20,000 nucleotides of DNA from an uncultured virus (IMG/VR IMGVR_UViG_3300028805_000099). Lineage: Duplodnaviria > Heunggongvirae > Uroviricota > Caudoviricetes > Crassvirales. Positions 1 to 7,788 of this stretch are shown here, one piece after another (position 1 is the stretch's first letter; every line of letters starts with the position of its first letter). The translations under genes were made by a program, and so were the position numbers. The DNA lies in the IMG/VR virus record IMGVR_UViG_3300028805_000099; one strand, written 5' to 3'. Below the pieces are notes generated by a model. It was given only the letters and a program-made list of their open reading frames with translations. It was not told the origin of the DNA and made no database searches.

Positions 1-299
1 CATAATCATACCTTGCAATCACATAATATTCATTGTCATAATATTCCTGTCGAGTAAGAACATATTTACTATAATTCTTGTTTTCTATTTTTTTTTGGCA
101 ATGCTTCATCAACTGAAATCCATTTGTTTTGCAATGCAAAGGATATTCCATGCTCAAAAAATACACTTCCTGCCTTCTCAAGGAAAATCTTAATAGCAGG
201 CTCTAACTCCATACCGTTTTCATATCTAAATGATTCGACATATTCTTGAATTATTTTCTTTTCTGTTGCCTCAATCCGTTTTTGTAGTATTGTGTTCAT
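1..299 (-). pseudogene. Hypothetical protein with DUF551-like C-terminal part, frameshifted in an A9 tract; runs off the window edge
   Basis: ORF 69..299 reaches WISVDEALP then an A9 run (plus-strand T 88-96). Removing one A gives KKIENKNYSKYVLTRQEYYDNEYYVIARYDY, open to position 1. Confidence 0.55.
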
Positions 300-568
300 A
301 ATGTTACTTCAATTTCTGTTATATTTCTGTGATAATTGTTTTCATCTTCATTGTAAGACTTGCAATATTCTTCGGCTTTGTTTTTATCGAAGAATACTTT
401 TTCTACTTCATCGTAGTGTAAGTCACTTCTTGTTACAACATAAGCTGTTTTGTATTGTTCATCTTTCCATTGAGCCATTCCCATGCAAGCTGTTAAAATG
501 TCCAATGAATCACATTCATCGTCTTCATAAGAATTGGAAATCTCTTTTGCTTTCTCTAAATCGTTCAT
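296..568 (-). CDS. Hypothetical phage accessory protein (KAKEI...AC..MA.WKDEQ module)
   Basis: 90 aa ORF, ATGA-coupled to neighbours; N-terminal module shared with 565..843. Confidence 0.8.
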   Translation of the reverse strand: MNDLEKAKEISNSYEDDECDSLDILTACMGMAQWKDEQYKTAYVVTRSDLHYDEVEKVFFDKNKAEEYCKSYNEDENNYHRNITEIEVTL

Positions 569-843
569 TTTATGTAAGGATTTGAATTTGGCATTTCTTC
601 ATTGAATAGTTCTCTGTAAATTTCCTCAATGGTGCAACGTCTTATTGAATCCTGTGCTGCTGATGAGGATAGAAGTTTTGTTTTTTCAATTAGGAGTTGC
701 TTCACTTGCTCGTCTTTCCATCGAGCCATATCTAAACAAGCATCACTAATGTACTTTCCTATGTTTAGGTTTTGCTTTTTGCTTTCTTCAAAGTCACTCC
801 AAGTAATCATTAAAATTTCTTGGGCTTTCTCTTTGTTTGTCAT
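565..843 (-). CDS. Hypothetical phage accessory protein, paralog of 296..568
   Basis: 92 aa; MTNKEKAQEI...ACLDMARWKDEQ. Confidence 0.8.
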   Translation of the reverse strand: MTNKEKAQEILMITWSDFEESKKQNLNIGKYISDACLDMARWKDEQVKQLLIEKTKLLSSSAAQDSIRRCTIEEIYRELFNEEMPNSNPYIK

Positions 844-844
844 A

Positions 845-1054
845 TCAAATCAAGTTTTGAATTTGTCCAAATACTTTTTCTCTAAATCTTTCAGCTTCTT
901 CATCTTTTGCTTGATAATAAGCATATAAAGCAACATCCATTGCAAGTTGATAAGCTGTTTGATTATGTTGAATCCAATTTTCAGCATATTCAACTTTTAC
1001 TATTCTCTTCACAGATTCTAATACAATCTCCTTTGCTTTGTCTGATGTAATCAT
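845..1054 (-). CDS. Hypothetical protein
   Basis: 69 aa, ATGA-coupled; DKAKEI N-terminus. Confidence 0.75.
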   Translation of the reverse strand: MITSDKAKEIVLESVKRIVKVEYAENWIQHNQTAYQLAMDVALYAYYQAKDEEAERFREKVFGQIQNLI

Positions 1055-1422
1055 ATCAAGTTTTTCAAAACATATAATAACGCTGCTTCAATAGCTTCTT
1101 CTGGCTTATCAAAACTAAGTTTTTCTAATTCTTCAAAGTATTGAATATCCCAAGATTCTTCCGTCATTGTGTAAATCGCAGGATAGAAACAATGTTTATC
1201 GTTTATATCTGGTTCAGATGTGATATAAATACTATGCACTTCCCTCAACCATTTAAGAGCAAGGGATTGTGAAGGACAATCAAGAAGTTCTTCATCACAA
1301 AAACCATACATAGTGTAGTCAACAAGCGAACCATTAAAGTAAGCTTGCCTACAAGGTATATCAAACCCTTTCTCTTTCAAGAGTTCGGCAATTTCAAAGC
1401 TGCAATAGTCCTCGGTTATCAT
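1051..1422 (-). CDS. Conserved hypothetical Bacteroidales-phage protein
   Basis: 123 aa; MITEDYCSFEIAELLKEKGF...LALKWLRE pattern recalled from Bacteroidales phage accessory proteins. Confidence 0.8.
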   Translation of the reverse strand: MITEDYCSFEIAELLKEKGFDIPCRQAYFNGSLVDYTMYGFCDEELLDCPSQSLALKWLREVHSIYITSEPDINDKHCFYPAIYTMTEESWDIQYFEELEKLSFDKPEEAIEAALLYVLKNLI

Positions 1423-1488
1423 AGCTCAATAGTTTTTTCAATTCCACAAAGTTTTAATGCGTGTTGTAATAATGTTATCTGGAATCAT
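1419..1488 (-). pseudogene. Internally deleted gene remnant
   Basis: ATG (1488) overlaps the upstream TGA. In a different frame, LLQHALKLCGIEKTIEL* ends in a TGA overlapping the next ATG. Confidence 0.45.
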
Positions 1489-1703
1489 AATTCTTCCTCC
1501 ATGTAGTTTTTGAAATCTTCTACTGTCCAAAACATTGGTCTTGACATAGGTTGCTTAGATAGCCACTCACAAGCCTTATCCAAGAAGTCTTGCATGGCTT
1601 GGTCGTAACCTTGGACATAACCTTTAAATATAGAACCTGTATCCCAAGGATAATCATATTGCTTTACAATTTCCAATGCTTTTTGTTCTGCAATCTTGCT
1701 CAT
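1485..1703 (-). CDS. Hypothetical protein
   Basis: 72 aa, coupled; GY..GY...KACEWL motif. Confidence 0.8.
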   Translation of the reverse strand: MSKIAEQKALEIVKQYDYPWDTGSIFKGYVQGYDQAMQDFLDKACEWLSKQPMSRPMFWTVEDFKNYMEEEL

Positions 1704-2350
1704 TGTTGTTCAGTTTTAACGATGATTATTTTTACTTTATCACCAAATTTAATATCTCTGAAAGCATCATTTAATGGTTCTGATTTTACACTTAATTGGT
1801 TATGAATGTCTTTAACAACTTCACCCCCAATCAATGCTTTCATCATCTCCTCTCTCATATCAAACCTACCTTTTTCATACTCAGTTTGGAGAGCTTCTTT
1901 CATCTGCTGTTTCTGCCATTCACAGGCTCTTACCCATGCTAATGCTGCACTTGTATTATCTTGAGTAGACTTCCATCTATTATAAGCATCCTTACAATCT
2001 TTTAGGTTAAGAAAACCAAATTGTTTGTTATGATTTTCTTTTTGCCATTCAGCACCTGCGATAAAGGTTTCTTTACTTTCAGACATTTTATGTAGTATAC
2101 CTTCATCCCACCAAGATGATTTTGCTAGATTACAGTTGTTGTAAAACGCCTCTGCTGCTTCCTCCAAATCCTTGTTTGCGGGTTCTTCCGTAAGGGAGTC
2201 AATGAATTTAAGAAGACTTTCTAATGCAGTATATTTTGGATGTTGGTCAGCCCATTTTGCTCCGTCCTTAAAACCTTCATAAGATTTTTCAGAATCTAAT
2301 GACGGATAGTTTTCATTTGCTGCTTGTACTATTTCTTCTTCTCGTGTCAT
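1700..2350 (-). CDS. Modular hypothetical protein
   Basis: 216 aa with repeated GA.W/ACEW modules (FKDGAKWA, FIAGAEWQK, RACEWQK). Confidence 0.85.
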   Translation of the reverse strand: MTREEEIVQAANENYPSLDSEKSYEGFKDGAKWADQHPKYTALESLLKFIDSLTEEPANKDLEEAAEAFYNNCNLAKSSWWDEGILHKMSESKETFIAGAEWQKENHNKQFGFLNLKDCKDAYNRWKSTQDNTSAALAWVRACEWQKQQMKEALQTEYEKGRFDMREEMMKALIGGEVVKDIHNQLSVKSEPLNDAFRDIKFGDKVKIIIVKTEQQ

Positions 2351-2354
2351 AGTT

Positions 2355-2510
2355 TTATTCTTCTTTTGGTAAGGTTTTCAATATAGACAGTACCGTACAA
2401 TCTTTTATTGCTGAATCATCTTGTATCCGTTTAACAATCCTAGCTTTAACGCCATACGGCAACCTTGCGCAAATGTCTTTTAATAAAAGTTGTTTTTCTT
2501 CTTGTGTCAT
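2355..2510 (-). CDS. Small (51 aa) hypothetical protein, possibly truncated; not in ORF track
   Basis: Manual translation MTQEEKQLLLKDICARLPYGVKARIVKRIQDDSAIKDCTVLSILKTLPKEE*; fills the gap between neighbours. Confidence 0.7.
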   Translation of the reverse strand: MTQEEKQLLLKDICARLPYGVKARIVKRIQDDSAIKDCTVLSILKTLPKEE

Positions 2511-2513
2511 GAT

Positions 2514-2747
2514 TTATGCAAATTTTACTACCTCACATAAATTATCATATGTTTCCCAATCCGTATCCAGAATTTCTTTTGGATTAGGGTTCGTCAGGTC
2601 TTCTGTTACACACAACCAATATCCGTCAAAGTCTTCACCTGTATTGCATAAGAAAAACTTGAACAGTACTTCTTTTTCTTCGCCGTTGATTTCAGTTCTT
2701 AAGATTGATTTTCCTGGTATTAATTTTCTAAATTCTTCTTGTGTCAT
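2514..2747 (-). CDS. Hypothetical protein
   Basis: 77 aa ORF starting MTQEE, abutting neighbours. Confidence 0.75.
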   Translation of the reverse strand: MTQEEFRKLIPGKSILRTEINGEEKEVLFKFFLCNTGEDFDGYWLCVTEDLTNPNPKEILDTDWETYDNLCEVVKFA

Positions 2748-2748
2748 A

Positions 2749-3921
2749 TTAAAGTTTTTTTAGGTCGTTGTAAAGTGATTCTAATGAAATTTGCTGCCTA
2801 CAAGTCATAGGGACGGTTTCAATGACATCTTTTAACCATTTCATCTGTTCCTCGCTTGGCTTCCAACTGTTATACTTTGCAGCAGAATAACCATCGTTAT
2901 AACCTTTATCATATAGACTTGATTGTGGCTTGAGCGATTTGAGCCAATACCCAAAATGCCTTTGTTTGTCAATCGTCGTGCATCTTGTTTCATAGTCACC
3001 TAAAAAGAAATCAAGTATTTCATTATAGATTCTTTCATCCTCTTCACTCCAATCTTTCTTATGTTGTGGTTGTACTTTGTCTTTTAGTGATTTGAGCCAA
3101 TCAATTTCTCTTTCATAAACAACTTGGTTGACTTCGTGATTATGAGCTTTCTGCGTAAATTGTATATCAGCAATAACAGCGTCAAACATTTCTTCATCCT
3201 CTTCACTCCAATAGGCGGATGGTTGTTCAATCTTAACAATATCTTTTTCGGCAGCAATTCCTATTGCTGTTTTTACTTCTTCTGGGTCAGATGGCTCACC
3301 AATTATAGATACATTATAAATGAAATTATTTCCACATTTTTCAATATTTTTGATTTTATAATTTTCACCTTTATATCTAATATAGTCCCCAGATATAAAT
3401 TTCGGCTTTACTTCATCAGTGACTTTCTGCTCACCTTGCTCTTCATTATCCTTTGGGCAATGTTGGTGTGTGAAAAGAGTGAACAATTGTTGAGGTGTGA
3501 TATGAAATCTTTGGTTCAAAATGTTATCACTTCTACCGATGTAAGTATCGTCTCCAACATATTCAAACCAATAAGACCCGAATTCTTTGAACTCATTAAA
3601 TGATTTTCTACACTCAATGAATTGACCACTGACAAAATCATTCTTTTCTTTTTCTGCCTCTTCAAAGTTTGCAGTATTTTGCTCACCTTGCTTTTCAAGC
3701 CAAGCAAGTATTTGTTCCCTTGTGAAACCATCAGCAGTAGGAAAATTACCTGAATGTTGATTAGTAAAGTTTCTAATGAGAGCTTTTCTTATTCTCTCAT
3801 CCTCTGATTCTTTGAGTTCTGGGAAGAGTTTTTCCAATATCTGAATTGCCAGGTTGTTATTGTTCTCTTTTGCAATTGCGAGCCATTCCTTTGCTGATTC
3901 TAAATCTTCTTCGTAATTCAT
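2749..3921 (-). CDS. Mosaic repeat-module hypothetical protein
   Basis: Start placed at ATG 3921 (ATGA overlap with upstream TGA). Modules KESEDERIRK, QGEQ x2, WSEEDE..WLKSLK x2, WKPSEEQM. Confidence 0.85.
   Translation of the reverse strand: MNYEEDLESAKEWLAIAKENNNNLAIQILEKLFPELKESEDERIRKALIRNFTNQHSGNFPTADGFTREQILAWLEKQGEQNTANFEEAEKEKNDFVSGQFIECRKSFNEFKEFGSYWFEYVGDDTYIGRSDNILNQRFHITPQQLFTLFTHQHCPKDNEEQGEQKVTDEVKPKFISGDYIRYKGENYKIKNIEKCGNNFIYNVSIIGEPSDPEEVKTAIGIAAEKDIVKIEQPSAYWSEEDEEMFDAVIADIQFTQKAHNHEVNQVVYEREIDWLKSLKDKVQPQHKKDWSEEDERIYNEILDFFLGDYETRCTTIDKQRHFGYWLKSLKPQSSLYDKGYNDGYSAAKYNSWKPSEEQMKWLKDVIETVPMTCRQQISLESLYNDLKKL
3034..3212. repeat. 20-bp exact direct repeat TTCATCCTCTTCACTCCAAT (3034-3053, 3193-3212)
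   Basis: Read directly; encodes WSEEDE. Companion 13-bp repeats at 2936-2948/3089-3101 and 3428-3440/3680-3692. Confidence 0.9.
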
Positions 3922-4295
3922 TTTATTTCTCCTTGTTCTAAAAGCCATACTATTGTTTTTATAGCTGATTCTATTAAAGTATTTTCTTCTTCTTTGTGGA
4001 GAGCATTTCCATTAAATGTCCACTGATCTATTAATGCGTATATAATTTGATTTCCAATAATAATTAAGGAATTCCAATTTAATGATTTTGGCATTAATTC
4101 AATCAATGTTCCAATACTCCAACAAGGAATAGCCTTTTTAGGTTGATTTATTCCTTCTTGTTTTACTTCTACATAATATTCAGTCTCTTGCCAATCTAAT
4201 GCAACCAACCACATATCAGCAGTATTTGGGTCTAATCCTGCTTTAATAAGTTTTTCAGACTGTTCAATTGTAGTATATCCTAATTGTTTTTTCAT
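3918..4295 (-). CDS. Conserved hypothetical Bacteroidales-phage protein
   Basis: 125 aa; TTIEQS.KL...G....TADM...PCWS...L.ELMP pattern. Confidence 0.8.
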   Translation of the reverse strand: MKKQLGYTTIEQSEKLIKAGLDPNTADMWLVALDWQETEYYVEVKQEGINQPKKAIPCWSIGTLIELMPKSLNWNSLIIIGNQIIYALIDQWTFNGNALHKEEENTLIESAIKTIVWLLEQGEIK

Positions 4296-4312
4296 AATTT
4301 AAATTCTAATTT

Positions 4313-4337
4313 AAAAAGCCCTCATATAGAGGGCTTT
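4313..4337 (-). terminator. Rho-independent terminator after the PNK gene
   Basis: Inverted repeat AAAGCCCTC-5 nt-GAGGGCTTT ending in a U5 run on the minus strand. Confidence 0.8.
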
Positions 4338-4341
4338 ATTA

Positions 4342-5244
4342 TTAAAAGTCACCATAATAGACTTGACAACATAAGATACCTAAATCTCTCCACATCTTCA
4401 CTACTTTATCCCTGTCATCAAATACACACGCTACATTGTATTTAGGTTGTATGTATTCAAAATACATTTCCTTCTTTACAATATCATCAGACCTAAAGTC
4501 TTTAGACTTTCTCATATAAAGTTGGTGTTCTCCAAAACCGTTGTCTTCCAACCACTTTTGAGTAACATCACGAGAATCTTCGCTTCTTCCTGAGAAGAAG
4601 ATTATCTTATAACATTGTGATAGACTGTTAAGAAAAGATTTCATTCTAGGGTCAAAAGTATCTTCTGATGCTTTATCATAATCAAATGGATTTCTGCCAT
4701 TATGTAATGCTATAGTACCATCTATATCACATAAAATTATACTTTCTTTATCTATACTAGGCAAAGTTATAGGTCTATCATCTGTATAATTATAAAGAAG
4801 TTCTGGAAAATAAGCTATAAAGAATTTTCTTATTATATTTTTTCCAACCTTGTCTTCTCTATTATTATCTCTTTCTATAGCTTCCTTATAAGAGATTTTA
4901 AATAACTTAAAGTCTATTTTAGAAGCAGCAATATCAGCAATTTTATTCCACTTTTCTATAGTCTTAGGATTAAGGTTAGTTGCATCTATAATAACATTCA
5001 AGTCAAGTTTCAATGCAGATAAAATTGCATTTTGTTCCAATTCATCTATATAATTTTCTTGGCTTGGTAGCCAATAGGTACCCCTAGCTTTATGCATAGA
5101 GTCCCTATTGACTATCACCCAATTGGTATGTTCAGTAGCCAGCTTTCTAGCAAAAGTGCTTTTACCAGATGCTGGCACTCCCTGTAAGACAAGAATTTGT
5201 CTCTTACCATTAATATCTAATTTTCCTAAATTAAATGTTTCCAT
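4342..5244 (-). CDS. pseT: Polynucleotide 5'-kinase/3'-phosphatase (T4 PseT-like)
   Basis: Walker A GVPASGKST, NRD, IIDATN; HAD motifs DIDGT, SGR, DDR; ends QVYYGDF. Confidence 0.93.
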   Translation of the reverse strand: METFNLGKLDINGKRQILVLQGVPASGKSTFARKLATEHTNWVIVNRDSMHKARGTYWLPSQENYIDELEQNAILSALKLDLNVIIDATNLNPKTIEKWNKIADIAASKIDFKLFKISYKEAIERDNNREDKVGKNIIRKFFIAYFPELLYNYTDDRPITLPSIDKESIILCDIDGTIALHNGRNPFDYDKASEDTFDPRMKSFLNSLSQCYKIIFFSGRSEDSRDVTQKWLEDNGFGEHQLYMRKSKDFRSDDIVKKEMYFEYIQPKYNVACVFDDRDKVVKMWRDLGILCCQVYYGDF

Positions 5245-6650
5245 TAGTTATTGTCTTCAATGTTTGCAATTCCTTTATCAAGTTCTTCACTTTCTTTTCC
5301 AAGAAATCTAAAGCTCTTAAGTTTAACTGCGTTAGGTGTCATATTATCTACTTTAATCACTATACCTTCATGAGGTACTTTATTCTTACAATCAGGAGAA
5401 TCAAGTTCCATATAGAAGTTCTTGTCATCTGCTAATTTGTCTATGAATGCATCATTCCAATTCTCAGAATCCTTAATATCTGGATAAAGGTCTGATGCTT
5501 TTCCATAATATAGTTCAACAACAGGCTCTAAACCATTGTTTTTACACCAATATTGTACTTCCTTTGGAGATAATTCAAATACTTTACCATCAGCGTTAGT
5601 AATGGTAATTCTGTATACCATTATCCTAAAATGCTTATTTATGGTATATTTCTCTCCTTCTTCAGGTGGTAAACATCCATAGTCGTAATCCTTTTGTATA
5701 TAACCCCCAGTAGGAAGGAATCCTATTATCTCATAATACAAACTATAACCTTTTGGAATTAATGAAATGAGGATTTTATTAGCTTCTCCCCATACATCGC
5801 AATTATAATATCCAGGACCTACAGACTTATTATAATATTTATTCTTTACAACAGTTCTTGAAGCATAGACATTATCATACCTATAGTTATTGTTTACATC
5901 TGCAATCTTATTTTCTTTATTAAACAAATTGTGAATTCTGCATACAATCTTATCTATCCAAGACTTAGGAAACTTACATATAACATTTGCAGAAATTGCA
6001 GATGTACCATGAAACTTACTACTAATATGAATAATATCATCTTTTTGGATTGCATAAGGATTCTTTCTTAGCTGCTCTGTGTCATAATGGAATCTAAACT
6101 GTCCTTCAACAAGTTTATCATATTTCTTTACGTTGGCCCTTTCTTTAGGTTCATTTGAACCATGAGTTCTTTGCTCAATTATGATATACTTCTTGTTAAT
6201 CCAAATCTCTTTACCATTATGTTCTACAGCATCAAACTCTTTATTTATACAAGATTCCTTGTCGTCAATTTTCTTATTTACAGAATCCATTAACCAGTTC
6301 TGAAGAACTTCAAAAGGCAATAAAAAACCTTCAGATACCATTCCCTTAAGTTTTATTGCCTTTACTCTTCCATTGTCTTCAAAGAATCCTGTTTTCTCTG
6401 GATTTGAGTTTAAGTTACCATGTCTATATAGATTTGCATAAGATAGTAAATTAGAATTAATTTGGCTAAGAGCAGGAAAATAAATATATACACCTTCCTT
6501 CTCATTAATGCCTACAATCATATTGTAACCATCTACTTTACATACCTTAAGCTTGGTTACTTCTGGATTAGGATGTGGAAAAAATTCCTTTATCTCAACA
6601 ACCTTCGCCAAGTAATTCGCACTGGCATTCTTTGTTTGGATTAATCTCAT
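5244..6650 (-). CDS. RNA ligase (Rnl2/DRB0094-like) with N-terminal OB-like domain
   Basis: Nucleotidyltransferase motifs KFHGTS, YYEIIG, EGIVIK, KLKS; N-terminus I...PHPN...L.V..V.G; TAATG-coupled to PNK. Confidence 0.85.
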   Translation of the reverse strand: MRLIQTKNASANYLAKVVEIKEFFPHPNPEVTKLKVCKVDGYNMIVGINEKEGVYIYFPALSQINSNLLSYANLYRHGNLNSNPEKTGFFEDNGRVKAIKLKGMVSEGFLLPFEVLQNWLMDSVNKKIDDKESCINKEFDAVEHNGKEIWINKKYIIIEQRTHGSNEPKERANVKKYDKLVEGQFRFHYDTEQLRKNPYAIQKDDIIHISSKFHGTSAISANVICKFPKSWIDKIVCRIHNLFNKENKIADVNNNYRYDNVYASRTVVKNKYYNKSVGPGYYNCDVWGEANKILISLIPKGYSLYYEIIGFLPTGGYIQKDYDYGCLPPEEGEKYTINKHFRIMVYRITITNADGKVFELSPKEVQYWCKNNGLEPVVELYYGKASDLYPDIKDSENWNDAFIDKLADDKNFYMELDSPDCKNKVPHEGIVIKVDNMTPNAVKLKSFRFLGKESEELDKGIANIEDNN

Positions 6651-6954
6651 TTTTGTATATGTTTATTTCTTTTACAAAATCTTCTACTGAGTTACATATA
6701 ATTACTTTTTCTCCTTGCTTAGCTATACTAATAATTTCTTCCTTTAATATTTTTATAGGAAGTGGGTTAAATCCTGCATTATGACCTACTCCAGCTCCAT
6801 GAATGTCAGTTGACATTCCATTAAAGTATAGCCAAGGATTATTTTCAAATTCAGTACAAATACAAAGATGGAAACCCAAATCCTTGAGTTTCCCCCTGAT
6901 TTCTTCACTATTATTACTTAAATAAATAGTCTTTGTTGGTTTAAAATAACTCAT
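6595..6954 (-). CDS. Hypothetical protein
   Basis: 119 aa, ATGA-coupled. Confidence 0.75.
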   Translation of the reverse strand: MSYFKPTKTIYLSNNSEEIRGKLKDLGFHLCICTEFENNPWLYFNGMSTDIHGAGVGHNAGFNPLPIKILKEEIISIAKQGEKVIICNSVEDFVKEINIYKNEINPNKECQCELLGEGC

Positions 6955-7247
6955 TGTTCTTTGAATTTAATTTTAAAACCTTCTTTTGTAGATTCAATAC
7001 TTTCTACTACATAACCTTCAGTGATTTTTGACCCTATTGAGATATAAGGACCTCCTGATGGATCTATAGCTGTGATATTGTTAAGGTTATAATGAAAAGT
7101 TACTCCTACTGCCATTAAAGCTTCTTCATCTCCTCTTAGATAATAGATATTGTTTTCTTTATGTTCTAAAAACACTTTACTTCCATATCTATTAAATAGA
7201 GGAATTTCATTCTCCCATTCTTTCGTCATAGTCTTTTGTTTCATCAA
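6951..7247 (-). CDS. Hypothetical protein
   Basis: 98 aa (start uncertain); IDPSGGPYI motif. Confidence 0.75.
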   Translation of the reverse strand: MMKQKTMTKEWENEIPLFNRYGSKVFLEHKENNIYYLRGDEEALMAVGVTFHYNLNNITAIDPSGGPYISIGSKITEGYVVESIESTKEGFKIKFKEQ

Positions 7248-7788
7248 TCCAAGAAATTGTTTGTACAGAGATTTTTGAAATTTCCAATAGACAGCTTTTT
7301 AATGTTTCATAATATTGGTCATCAGCCATATCTGAATAACAAGCTTTTTTGAAATTCTCAAAACCTCTTGTCAATTCTATCAGAGGATAATTCAATCCAA
7401 AGTCTTTTAATAACAAGTCAAAAGTAGTTAAATCTTCTTTAGAAAGCTCTTCAACTTTAGATAAGACTTCTTTTATTTTGTTGTCTTCCTCCTTATTATC
7501 CACTAATTCTTCCACATTTTTGTTTTGTGCATATACTCCAAAGCCCCTTACTACTGGAGAAGCAGAGGGGCTAAATTCAAAGTAATCCATACATATTGAT
7601 ATGTCAAGAGGATAAGTTTTGTCTGGATATCCTACTTCACAAACAATAACTCTTCCATCATTTACATTGACTACTTCATATTCAGTATCTACCTTAAAAG
7701 GTAACAATTCATATTCTCTGACACACTTAAGTCTGTGTCCAACTCTAAGTTCACTAAAATCCATATTAATTAAATTTAATGTATCCAA
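7207..7788 (-). CDS. Hypothetical protein
   Basis: 193 aa acidic ORF overlapping the polA stop. Confidence 0.8.
   Translation of the reverse strand: MDTLNLINMDFSELRVGHRLKCVREYELLPFKVDTEYEVVNVNDGRVIVCEVGYPDKTYPLDISICMDYFEFSPSASPVVRGFGVYAQNKNVEELVDNKEEDNKIKEVLSKVEELSKEDLTTFDLLLKDFGLNYPLIELTRGFENFKKACYSDMADDQYYETLKSCLLEISKISVQTISWIDETKDYDERMGE

Noticed and set aside
1419..1703. TGA readthrough or TGA recoding
   Set aside because: TGA is the stop of many ATGA-coupled genes here; a deletion remnant explains the in-frame tail more simply.
2336..3692. CRISPR array or DGR template/variable repeats
   Set aside because: Repeats are short, coding and irregularly spaced; no adenine-specific mismatch pattern and no cas or reverse transcriptase gene in the window.
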